A DNA stretch of 64,000 nt from Armatimonadota bacterium (GTDB lineage: Bacteria > Armatimonadota > UBA5829 > DTLH01). The stretch is from the NCBI GenBank assembly GCA_039679675.1, contig JBDKUN010000056.1:32001-96000 (forward strand), given 5' to 3'. The notes under the pieces are model-generated. The model did not search any database. It worked only from the letters and a program-made list of their open reading frames with translations, and had not been told where the DNA came from. Of this stretch, positions 1 through 8,431 are shown in pieces; the first letter of the stretch is position 1, and every line of letters starts with the position of its first letter. The position numbers were made by a program, and so were the translations under genes.

Positions 1-680
1 GCAGGGCCATCGTCCGCGAGCCTAAAGTCTTCCTCATGGATGAACCGCTCTCCAACCTCGATGCAAAACTGAGGGTGCAGACCCGCGCGGAGCTCATCAA
101 GCTCCACAGGCGGCTCGGCATTACCACCATATACGTGACCCATGACCAGGTCGAGGCCATGACCATGGGCGACAGGATCGTCGTTATGAAGGACGGCATC
201 GTACAGCAGGTCGATACGCCGCTCAACCTCTATAACAAGCCGGTGAATGTGTTTGTCGCCGGGTTCATAGGCAGCCCTGCGATGAATTTCATCGAAGCGA
301 CTCTCGAAGAGGACGGCAGCAGCTACTGGGTAAACGCCGGGAGCTTCAAGGTCAAGTCTCCGAGAGAAAAATCCGATAGCTTGTCGAGCTACTTGGGCAA
401 GAAGGTCATCTTCGGTGTAAGGCCTGAGGATATTTTCGATAAGAACCTGAGCCCGGTCGTGAAACCTACCAGCGAGAATACTATCGCCGCTGTAGTGGAT
501 GTAGTGGAACCGATGGGCTCGACAGTCACGATGTATCTTACGGCGGGCGGCCATAATCTTACCGCAACGATAGACTCCGAAGCGCCTATCGCTGCATCCA
601 AGCCTGGTGACGAGGTCTCAGTGATCCTGGAGATGAACCGCACTCACCTCTTTTCCAAGGAAACGAAAAAAGCGCTGTAG
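1..680 (+). CDS. Sugar ABC transporter ATP-binding subunit (MsmX/UgpC/MalK family), 5'-truncated by window edge
   Basis: Frame open from window start ([24 protein letters not shown]alker B/D-loop), [12 protein letters not shown]-loop, C-terminal TOBE region. Confidence 0.95.
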   Translation, partial: RAIVREPKVFLMDEPLSNLDAKLRVQTRAELIKLHRRLGITTIYVTHDQVEAMTMGDRIVVMKDGIVQQVDTPLNLYNKPVNVFVAGFIGSPAMNFIEATLEEDGSSYWVNAGSFKVKSPREKSDSLSSYLGKKVIFGVRPEDIFDKNLSPVVKPTSENTIAAVVDVVEPMGSTVTMYLTAGGHNLTATIDSEAPIAASKPGDEVSVILEMNRTHLFSKETKKAL

Positions 681-759
681 TGAACGCTAACCTTTGGTAT
701 AGTTGACATCAAAGTTGATTATTCACATAACTTACTTATACAGAGTATTGAGTGTGAGA

Positions 760-814
760 TAACATAAATCTCGGACGATAACATTGCAATTGTTATCGTC
801 CGATTTTTATGTTA
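760..814. promoter_or_regulatory. Long inverted repeat, probable autoregulatory operator of the AbiE-like pair
   Basis: 24-bp arms TAACATAAATCTCGGACGATAACA / TGTTATCGTCCGATTTTTATGTTA (2 mismatches), 7-bp spacer, just before ATG 826; TTGACA at 703-708. Confidence 0.65.
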
Positions 815-825
815 CGATAGCAGAC

Positions 826-1809
826 ATGAATAACCTTATAGGATCATTTACAGATTATCTGCAGGATACCCTCGGCATCAATGTCAAGCCCCAAAAGTGG
901 GATGGATGCCGATCACTGCCGATCTTTATGCAGAGCATATATGATTGCTATACCGTCCATATCTTGAGTGAAGAATGTCTTCTGCTTGTAAGTCACACGG
1001 AAGAAAATGTCACTCCGGCCGCTATTCAAAAGCACTATGACACTGTTCGTAAAAAGTGGACAGGAGCAGTCATTATAGTCAGGCAGAGTATCCGATCCAA
1101 CGATCGACGTCGACTAATAGTCCAGTACAAGATTCCATTTGTTGTGCCGGGCAATCAACTTTATCTACCTGACATTGGTCTGGATATGCGTGAGCATTTC
1201 CGAAGGATCCGGGAAGAAGGAAAGCTGTTCAGTCCTTCCACTCAAGTATTGGTGCTCTATGTACTGCTAACGGGAAGCTATGATCCTCTTGTTTCCACTC
1301 AAGTGGTGAGTAAATTACCATACACTCCGATGACTATTAAGAGAGCATTTGATGAAATAGAGCAGGCTAATATCGGTACCACACACATGCGACGTAAGGA
1401 AAGAGAGCTTAGATTTCAAACAACCGGCCGCGAGTTGTGGGACGCCGCGCTACCGTTTTTTAGGAATCCTGTCCGAAGAAGGGTAGAAGCAATGTTTCCG
1501 CTTGGTGCAATACCAAGTCTAGAGGCTGGTCTGACAGCTTTGTCTCGCTATTCAATGCTCTCTGCTCCCATAAACCTAACCTTAGCAATCTCTTCAGAAG
1601 GCTGGCGGGCAGAGAAAGCAAATCTCTGTATTAATGACATGAATTATGATGATAACATGCACCATTTGGAGATATGGCGCTATGATCCCTCTCTACTTTC
1701 AACAGGTAATACAGTAGACCGCCTTTCATTGTTCCTGAGCCTTCGCGACAGCACTGACGAGCGAATCGAAGCTGCCCTAAACGAGATGATGGAGAGCATG
1801 CAGTGGTGA
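826..1809 (+). CDS. Putative type IV TA antitoxin / winged-helix regulator (AbiEi-like)
   Basis: IPFVVPGNQLYLP and EIWRYDP..VDRLSLFLSL..DERIE motifs typical of partners of AbiEii-like nucleotidyltransferases; central HTH-like segment; overlaps next gene; ATG 826 preferred over TTG 784, which lies inside the IR. Confidence 0.6.
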   Translation: MNNLIGSFTDYLQDTLGINVKPQKWDGCRSLPIFMQSIYDCYTVHILSEECLLLVSHTEENVTPAAIQKHYDTVRKKWTGAVIIVRQSIRSNDRRRLIVQYKIPFVVPGNQLYLPDIGLDMREHFRRIREEGKLFSPSTQVLVLYVLLTGSYDPLVSTQVVSKLPYTPMTIKRAFDEIEQANIGTTHMRRKERELRFQTTGRELWDAALPFFRNPVRRRVEAMFPLGAIPSLEAGLTALSRYSMLSAPINLTLAISSEGWRAEKANLCINDMNYDDNMHHLEIWRYDPSLLSTGNTVDRLSLFLSLRDSTDERIEAALNEMMESMQW

Positions 1810-2561
1810 GAGGCATCGACATATTCAAGCGATACTTTGAGGTGTTCGACAGGGCCTTTGTCGTGATCGGAGGGACTGCCTCCACCCTTCTACTTGATGA
1901 AGTTGGCCTTGGATTCCGAGCCACGAAAGATGTCGACATAATCTTAATCGTAGAGGCTCTATCGCCGGAATTTGCTGAGGTATTCTGGGATTTTGTTGAG
2001 GAAGGCGGCTATGAGAACATACAACAGGCTACGGGCAAGCCGCTATTCTACCGTTTTTGGAAGCCCAAAAACAGGATGTTCCCCGAAATGGTGGAGCTCT
2101 TCTCGCGAAAACCCTCTGCAATTGGTTTGCATACAGGAAGTCATTTGACACCCATTCCTGTTGCAGAGGAAGTAGCCAGCCTTTCAGCGATCCTAATGGA
2201 TGATTCCTATTATGCCTTAGCCAGAGCTGGGGTAAGGTCTGTTAACGGACTTCCTGTTCTTGGCGCAGGATATCTGATTCCATTCAAGGCAAAAGCCTGG
2301 TTGGACCTGTCCAGGCGGCGGAAGGCAGGAGAACACATCGACGATAAGGATATTAGAAAGCACAGAAACGATGTCTTTCGCCTGTACCAGATTGTCTCTT
2401 TGGAAGATAGAATCGACCTGCCGGAGGGGATTGCCGATGATTTGAAGTCTTTCCTGGACGCAGTAGGTAGTAGTAGCTTGGATCTATCGCAACTCGATAT
2501 ACGTGGTTTTACACTGGCTGACGCCATACGCGGTCTTAGAGAAGTTTACGGACTCATATAA
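1803..2561 (+). CDS. Nucleotidyltransferase, AbiEii/AbiGii-like toxin
   Basis: VVIGGTA...RATKDVD pol-beta-fold motif, later KAKAW..KHRNDVFRL; coupled to upstream gene. Confidence 0.7.
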   Translation: MVRGIDIFKRYFEVFDRAFVVIGGTASTLLLDEVGLGFRATKDVDIILIVEALSPEFAEVFWDFVEEGGYENIQQATGKPLFYRFWKPKNRMFPEMVELFSRKPSAIGLHTGSHLTPIPVAEEVASLSAILMDDSYYALARAGVRSVNGLPVLGAGYLIPFKAKAWLDLSRRRKAGEHIDDKDIRKHRNDVFRLYQIVSLEDRIDLPEGIADDLKSFLDAVGSSSLDLSQLDIRGFTLADAIRGLREVYGLI

Positions 2562-2584
2562 TTCGACATATAAGCACCCAACTT

Positions 2585-2615
2585 AAAAAAGGGCGGCCGT
2601 CAGACCGCCCCTTTT
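2585..2615. terminator. Bidirectional intrinsic terminator
   Basis: A6-GGGCGG..CCGCCC-CT4 between convergent genes. Confidence 0.8.
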
Positions 2616-2633
2616 GCAATATATTTACTGTTT

Positions 2634-4940
2634 TTAGAACTTCTTGTCTACGCAGAGGCTAAGGAATCTCGGTGTTGTCCAACTGCTGGCCTCTTTGCTG
2701 CCATCAGGATAGACATAATATTGAGTGACCTTGCCTGTATTGAATATGTTCCAGATATTCAGGGAAACCTGATCTCCGATGTTTGAATTTTCCGGCAGTT
2801 TCCTGATTATATTCCAGGAGACTACAGCTCTGCCGCTCGCATAACCCTGATACTGGGAGGTGGAGGCCGTTACGGAATCTGCAAGGCCGCTTCCGTAGTT
2901 GAGCTGCCAGTTGTGCTCCCAGTTGTTGTGTTTGTAGGCCAATACGACGTTCAGCGTGTGGCGCTGGTCCCAATCGCAGTAGGTCCAGACCGACGGGTCT
3001 ATTGAAGAGGTCAAGCTGGAAGCGTTTGCTCTGGCACGCTGCCATGTGTAGGAGAGCCAGCCTTCCCAGTTGTCACTCATCTTCTTGGATACGTAGTATT
3101 CCACTCCGGTGCTCTTGCCGTCGCCAGAGTTTACATACATTTTGGCCATCGAAGTAGGATCATTAGGATTGATTGCCTGGCTCTGCAGGAGATTGGTGTA
3201 AGTCCTGTAGTAAGGAGTAATCCTCATGAGCATGTTCTGGTTAAGCTGCCGCTCCCAGGAGATGTCCCAGGATGTGCTTCTCTCCGGCTTGAGGTCCAGG
3301 TTGCCGAGCCTGTAATCGTTCCATCCGGAGTTGATGTAATTTCGTTCCATTACGTAGCTCGGTGGGAACTGGATAAACCTTCCCCAGCTTGTCTTGAGGA
3401 CATTTTTGCTGTCCAGTTTGTAAGTTAGGCCCAGTCTCGGACTCACCTGCGATTCATCAGTATCAGGGTTTGAGACCTTGTTGAATTTCATCCCGTCGTA
3501 GCGGAGGCCGAGCTCGGTGTGCCACTTATCACTTAATTTGGTCTGGTCCTGTATGAAGATACCGGTCTGTGTAGTCTTGACGTCCGAATTGTAATGGTAA
3601 TCGCCCCATTCAGCATGCCCCAGCATCTCGCCGAGATCAGGCATCCAGGCCATGTACCTGTTTTTACTGGAGATTACGCTCGCACCAGTCTTTAGAAGAT
3701 TACCTTCGGAAAGCTGGTTCGTATATTCCACCTGAAGCCCCCTCTGAGCCGTGCCATAGTCCAGGTAGGTCCCCATCGGGCTATCGGGCGCCAGCGCATC
3801 AAGGACCGCCCTGGTATCGTACGTATACGGCCGGACCGTAATGAATGACGATGAGCTGAAGTTTCGGCTCCAGGTGAGGCTGGTGATGCCGTAACCCTGA
3901 TGGCCGTGGTCATTTTCCGGCGTCACGGGCTGCCTCAAATAAGTGGTATCGTGTATTGTGGGAAGAGTATACTTGGCGCTGCCCTGGTTTACGAGCAGAG
4001 TCCACTTGTCTTTTCCATTTGGGTATACGAATTTTCCGATATTGTCGGAACTTTCACACCCGGAGTAAAGCATTTTTTCGAAATCCGTCCGCCAGAGATA
4101 GCTTCCGACGTAGTAGTCCAGCCCTTCAGGGCTGACTCCGCCATACTCAAAATAGCTTCCCTTGTAGTTCTGCGCGCCATTGGTCATCTCCAGCCTGCCG
4201 CCGGGCATTTCGCTTCCGGTCTTTTTGATCTCATTGAAGACGCCGGAGATGGCATTGCCGTACTCTGCGCGGTAGCCGCCCGTGTAGATCTGCATCTTGC
4301 TCATTCCGATGGTGACTGTATTGGTGCCGAATGCGTTCGTCAGCGGTTCTGTCACAGGAATTCCTTCGAGCATGTAGCCGATCTCATCGTTACGGCCGCC
4401 TCGGATGTGGGGAGAACCGCTGCCGTCGATAGTGATTCCCGGCTGAGTCCCTACAATGCCCGGAATCTGATAGAGGGTGTTAGGCTGGGTCTTGGCCATC
4501 TTCTCCTGCCTGGCCGGCACCATATAAAGAGTCGGAGCCATATCCGGCTGAAGAAGGGTCTTTTTCCCGGTAACGACTGCCTCCTTTTCATCTATCTCAA
4601 CCTTGGAAAGATTGATGTCGGCCGGACTGGTCGCATCCATCATGACCTGCACGTCCGATCTGAAGGCATCACCGTAACCTACCAGGCTGGCTTGTACTTT
4701 GTAAGTGCCTGGAGGCACATTCGTGATAACAAAATAACCTCTGGCGTCGGTTACCGTAGTCAGGTTGGTGCCTTTGACGATAATATTGACGCCGGACAGT
4801 TTGGCTCCGGTCACGGAGTCCACCACAGTGCCTGAGATAATACCGGTTGTGCTTGCGACTGCCGGCGTTATCATTAGCGTCGTTATCATCACGATAGCCA
4901 GCAGCGTGAGCAACTTAGTTCTAGTTGCTGAGAAACTCAA
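2634..4940 (-). CDS. TonB-dependent receptor with N-terminal carboxypeptidase-regulatory-like domain
   Basis: Signal peptide, GIISGTVVD..TDARGYF..NVPPGTY, plug (IRGGR..YMLEGIPV), LGLRYD, SPRLG, NLDLKPE, terminal Phe; SD AAGGAGG before TTG. Confidence 0.9.
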   Translation of the reverse strand: MSFSATRTKLLTLLAIVMITTLMITPAVASTTGIISGTVVDSVTGAKLSGVNIIVKGTNLTTVTDARGYFVITNVPPGTYKVQASLVGYGDAFRSDVQVMMDATSPADINLSKVEIDEKEAVVTGKKTLLQPDMAPTLYMVPARQEKMAKTQPNTLYQIPGIVGTQPGITIDGSGSPHIRGGRNDEIGYMLEGIPVTEPLTNAFGTNTVTIGMSKMQIYTGGYRAEYGNAISGVFNEIKKTGSEMPGGRLEMTNGAQNYKGSYFEYGGVSPEGLDYYVGSYLWRTDFEKMLYSGCESSDNIGKFVYPNGKDKWTLLVNQGSAKYTLPTIHDTTYLRQPVTPENDHGHQGYGITSLTWSRNFSSSSFITVRPYTYDTRAVLDALAPDSPMGTYLDYGTAQRGLQVEYTNQLSEGNLLKTGASVISSKNRYMAWMPDLGEMLGHAEWGDYHYNSDVKTTQTGIFIQDQTKLSDKWHTELGLRYDGMKFNKVSNPDTDESQVSPRLGLTYKLDSKNVLKTSWGRFIQFPPSYVMERNYINSGWNDYRLGNLDLKPERSTSWDISWERQLNQNMLMRITPYYRTYTNLLQSQAINPNDPTSMAKMYVNSGDGKSTGVEYYVSKKMSDNWEGWLSYTWQRARANASSLTSSIDPSVWTYCDWDQRHTLNVVLAYKHNNWEHNWQLNYGSGLADSVTASTSQYQGYASGRAVVSWNIIRKLPENSNIGDQVSLNIWNIFNTGKVTQYYVYPDGSKEASSWTTPRFLSLCVDKKF

Positions 4941-5160
4941 TCTAACGTTCCCTCCTTATGCCAGGTACACCCTCATAAGTCCATCAAGCATGCATTTCGG
5001 GGCAACAAACATGCACCAGGCATTGTTTTGTGTATGGCCTGCAGCCATACTAAAGATTCTTCAGTCAGAGATTATCGGAAAAAACAGGTAATTTCCTCAG
5101 GCCCATGATCCTCTCAACTTTGGCATAAGCTTTATGGAAGTTGAGATAGTCAGTGGTAGA

Positions 5161-5260
5161 GCTTAAGATAACGGCAAACTCGTCGAAAGGCGGGGACGCA
5201 AAGCCAATGGGGCTAAAGTCCGGGAACTGACCCGGACAACGCTTGCCAGGTTGCCAAAGC
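5161..5260 (+). ncRNA. Cyclic di-GMP-I (GEMM) riboswitch aptamer
   Basis: GGCAAAC-stem-GAAA-stem-GGGACGCAAAGCC...GGGCTAA...GCCAGGTTGCC matches the class I consensus; G at the position equivalent to Vc2 G20 suggests c-di-GMP rather than c-AMP-GMP. Confidence 0.9.
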
Positions 5261-5330
5261 TGATATGCGAACATCCTCCAGGCCACGCTAATGGGCTGCA
5301 GGCGGTTGAGACGAGAATGTTCGTATGCTA

Positions 5331-5356
5331 GCCAGGACAACCTGGCATATTTTTTT
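5331..5356 (+). terminator. Riboswitch-associated intrinsic terminator
   Basis: GCCAGG-ACAA-CCTGGC followed by ATATTTTTTT. Confidence 0.8.
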
Positions 5357-5572
5357 CGGAGGTGCGGTAAGGTGTGGGCGTTGTACAGTCCGTTGATACA
5401 TCCGGCGCAGGCGAAAACCCCAAAGGCTGCGCAGTTGGGGTCGCACGCCGGTCCATCGAATGGTAAAAGCTCTGCGGCAGCAGCTGAAGGGCCAGGGTAT
5501 TTTTTTGATCTCCCTAATCTGTTTTCCTGTCGTCTCAGCCGGACTCAGAAATGAGCCGAGCTGAGGAATCAG

Positions 5573-5648
5573 CGTCATGCTGAACGAACAATACGTCATG
5601 CTGAGCTTGACTCAGCATCCAGTAGACTCTGAATCGAGGTCAGAGGAC
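5573..5648. repeat. REP-like palindromic element (GTCATGCTGA type)
   Basis: CGTCATGCTGA twice; hairpins ATGCTGAG-CTTGA-CTCAGCAT and CTCTGA..TCAGAG; degenerate relative at ~56237. Confidence 0.55.
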
Positions 5649-5852
5649 TGTAGAGGGGGTGGTTATTCCAATTTTTATTACCTAAAGTCTTTTCTTTTGG
5701 TCGGTTTTAGCCAATCATTCCTATAAGAAAGGCTGGGAATCAGACGACCTAGGCCCGCCGCGCGGGTGGACTGGTTATGTGAGGAGATAAGAGGGCAAGG
5801 AAGGGACATTCCATGGCACCTGATAGGTCAGGCGCGGAAAGTGTGAAACACC

Positions 5853-6050
5853 ATGACGACCCTTTGCAGAAACAGAAAGGTCCGCGGCTGCCCCGCGAGT
5901 TTCTATTTGTCCTGCCCGGCCTACCTTAACAACAGAAACTGTTGGGAGGTTGAAAGTAAGCCGTGCTGTCCTGTAGGAAACCTGGTGCAGTGCAGCGGGT
6001 GTGCAATCTTCAACAAGGGGCATACTGGAAGAAGTGCCAGGATGCCTTAG
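5853..6050 (+). CDS. Small Cys-rich protein (CPAY..NCWE..CC..CxxC; resembles two-CW domain)
   Basis: 65 aa, 8 Cys in a metal-binding-like pattern, directly upstream of the GGDEF gene. Confidence 0.55.
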   Translation: MTTLCRNRKVRGCPASFYLSCPAYLNNRNCWEVESKPCCPVGNLVQCSGCAIFNKGHTGRSARMP

Positions 6051-6098
6051 TTAATGAGTTTCAGGTGCAGGCTGACAGCCTGCAGTTAATGACTGAAA

Positions 6099-7325
6099 AT
6101 GATACCTAAACCGGTAAACTATATCAAAAGTAGAGTGTCTGTCCGGGCCTTGGCGCGGATAACCGGGCTTTTCGTCCGGGCAGCAGGGTTTTGCCTGATC
6201 GCGGCGTTTGCGGTAAGCGGCTATATAGACGCTGTAGTCGCGGCGCTGTCGATTACTGCGTTCATAGCTGGGGGAATCAGGGTCAGCCTGAGGTCTCCCA
6301 GCGGTACGCGGAAAGTAGAGATAGACGCAGGAAATGCAGTTGTGCTAGGGGCCGCGCTTGCCTGCGGGCCGGTCTCCGCCGCAGGTCCTGCTGCAATGGC
6401 TGCTCTCGGCAGGATACTTCTGGATTTCAACCACCGTGACTCATTTGCCCGTTCCACTTATACCGTAGCCCGGATGCCGGTCTCGGCAGCCATTGCTTCG
6501 CTGGTTTTTGGTTGGGCCGGTGGAAACGCGGCATACACGGCAGGCGTCGAATCGCTCCCCGCCGCACTTGCCGCAGCAGCCGTATATACCGTACTGGACA
6601 GCGCCCTCGCAGGCGATATCAGGCTTGTAAAGACCCGGTGGCTTTCAGCAGGACTCGGTTATGGGCTCGGCTGCGCCGTGAGAACGATACCTCCGTTCGT
6701 CATGCTTGTAGTGATTCTCCCGGTTGCGCTGACTGTTCTCGGCCTGCTTCGAGATGCACGAAAAGTCAGTAAAGTCGAACCAGAGCCGGAGGCGGAAACC
6801 GAAGAAAGCCCTGAAGAGGTTGTAAGGACATCGTTTACCGACCCATTGACCGGACTTGCAAACCAGCGTTATCTTGAAATGTTTCTTCGACAGGAGATCA
6901 GCCGGGCGGAGCGTACAGGGCATTCGATCTCTGTTATCCTGATAGACATAGACGACTTCGAGCAGTTGAACCAGGTGGACGGCAAAGAGGCGGCTGACCG
7001 GTGTCTTGTGGCTATCGGCACAGGAGTCAAGCGGATGCTTCGGGAATATGATGTCATTGCCCGCTATAAAGACGATGAGTTCGTTGTAGTGCTTCCTGAA
7101 TGTGGTATCGAGGCGGCTCACGACGCCGCCGCAAGGCTGCACTCGGCGCTTTCCGGACAGGTGCTACCGTTTCGGGCCCGTTTCTCCGCTGGAGTTGCTA
7201 CATACCCGTCCTACGGCACATCTATCGATGATCTGCTTTCCTCAGCCCATCATGCATTGAACAGGGCTAAGTTCGCCGGGAAAAACACAATACGGAGCTG
7301 CCACGAGCTTGCCAAAGCGGGATAG
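6099..7325 (+). CDS. Multi-TM membrane protein with degenerate GGDEF domain
   Basis: Hydrophobic N-half; TDPLTGLAN, DIDDF, REYD I-site, RYKDDEF, FSAGVA, ALNRAKFAGKN. Confidence 0.9.
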   Translation: MIPKPVNYIKSRVSVRALARITGLFVRAAGFCLIAAFAVSGYIDAVVAALSITAFIAGGIRVSLRSPSGTRKVEIDAGNAVVLGAALACGPVSAAGPAAMAALGRILLDFNHRDSFARSTYTVARMPVSAAIASLVFGWAGGNAAYTAGVESLPAALAAAAVYTVLDSALAGDIRLVKTRWLSAGLGYGLGCAVRTIPPFVMLVVILPVALTVLGLLRDARKVSKVEPEPEAETEESPEEVVRTSFTDPLTGLANQRYLEMFLRQEISRAERTGHSISVILIDIDDFEQLNQVDGKEAADRCLVAIGTGVKRMLREYDVIARYKDDEFVVVLPECGIEAAHDAAARLHSALSGQVLPFRARFSAGVATYPSYGTSIDDLLSSAHHALNRAKFAGKNTIRSCHELAKAG

Positions 7326-7340
7326 GTAGGCTAAAGGATT

Positions 7341-7985
7341 TCAGGTGACGGCAGCGGGGAGGTAATCCATCACTTCTTCATCCGTCAAATCGTGCCATGT
7401 GAGGTAATAGTCGGCTACCGCGAAAGGCAGCCTGTGGCTCTCTACTATGCAGATAATCTCGTCCGCCGCGTCCCCGATCAATCGTATGGCGGACTCCGAT
7501 GCGACCGGAACAGCCACGGTTACCCGCCCTGCTCCCGATTGCCTTGCGGACTGTACCGCCGCGAGCATCGTATAGCCGCTTGCCAGCCCGTCATCGACGA
7601 TAATCACTTGCTTTCCTCGCACGGCCTGCTTTGGAATCCTGTCCCTTAACACATGCTCCCGGTTCTGGATGTCCTCCATAACCCCGTTGGCTATCGATTT
7701 TATCAGCTTCTTGCTGAGCCCCATTCCTTTGACGATGGCTTCGTTCAGCACCAGCGCGCCGTCGCTCGTCACGGCACCGAATCCGGCTTCCGGGTTCCAG
7801 GGAATGGGCAGTTTTCTCAGGATGATGAAGTCAAGTGGCAGACCCAGGCGGCAGGATACTTCGGCGGCGATGGGAACCCCTCCAAGCGGAATAGCAAGGA
7901 CCACGGCATCCGTCGATCTATACTTTTCCAGACGTTCCGCGAGACGTCTTCCCGCATCAGACCTGTCTCTGAATAGCTCTGACAT
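7341..7985 (-). CDS. Type I phosphoribosyltransferase family protein
   Basis: FRDRSDAGRRLA, LAIPLGGVP, IIVDDGLASGYT PRPP loop. Confidence 0.9.
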   Translation of the reverse strand: MSELFRDRSDAGRRLAERLEKYRSTDAVVLAIPLGGVPIAAEVSCRLGLPLDFIILRKLPIPWNPEAGFGAVTSDGALVLNEAIVKGMGLSKKLIKSIANGVMEDIQNREHVLRDRIPKQAVRGKQVIIVDDGLASGYTMLAAVQSARQSGAGRVTVAVPVASESAIRLIGDAADEIICIVESHRLPFAVADYYLTWHDLTDEEVMDYLPAAVT

Positions 7986-8093
7986 AATTTGCCGTCGCTG
8001 CTCACGATAACTTTTGCTGCAAGCAGCAGTTCCTTATAAGTGCTGCCCATTAATACCATCTATGGGACTGATGCTAAACAAAAAGGGGTCCAT

Positions 8094-8127
8094 AAAAAAA
8101 TAAGCTCCCCTGCATTTCGCAGGGGAG
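8094..8127 (-). terminator. Intrinsic terminator (minus strand) of a candidate sRNA
   Basis: CTCCCCTGC-N5-GCAGGGGAG with U7 tail on the minus strand. Confidence 0.75.
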
Positions 8128-8279
8128 GATAAAAGAGGGTGGGAAGGTTTGCTATATTATTTACGACTGAAACACCCATATTGTTCCAGCAAACAGGCGA
8201 ATTTTGTTATTTCCTGTAGTAACAACCATGTAACAATGTAATTCAGCATACATTTACGGCTAAAACAGGCCGTCTGCTA

Positions 8280-8305
8280 TGAAACGTTTTATGCTGCAGC
8301 ACGTC
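8280..8305 (+). promoter_or_regulatory. ECF sigma-type promoter
   Basis: TGAAAC-N16-CGTC, matching B. subtilis SigM/W/X-type consensus. Confidence 0.6.
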
Positions 8306-8431
8306 TACTGACTCGGATATATCCGTCTGCTTGCTAACCCTATCTGCAGCCAACTGCGGCTGGTTTGAAGCCTGCAGCGTTCCGGGTAGAACCCGGATGC
8401 GGTATATCTCGGCTTTACTTATGATCCGGAG

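Noticed and set aside
3900..4835. 311-aa plus-strand ORF, and similar long shadow ORFs (13597..14406, 36277..37113, 38094..39104, 56772..57545)
   Set aside because: Antisense to well-supported genes, with no recognisable motifs
5119..5135. Sigma54-like TGGCA sites at ~5120, ~22121 and ~59989
   Set aside because: Lack the GC at the required GG-N10-GC spacing
5173..5178. c-AMP-GMP (GEMM-Ib) variant of the riboswitch
   Set aside because: G rather than A at the discriminating position
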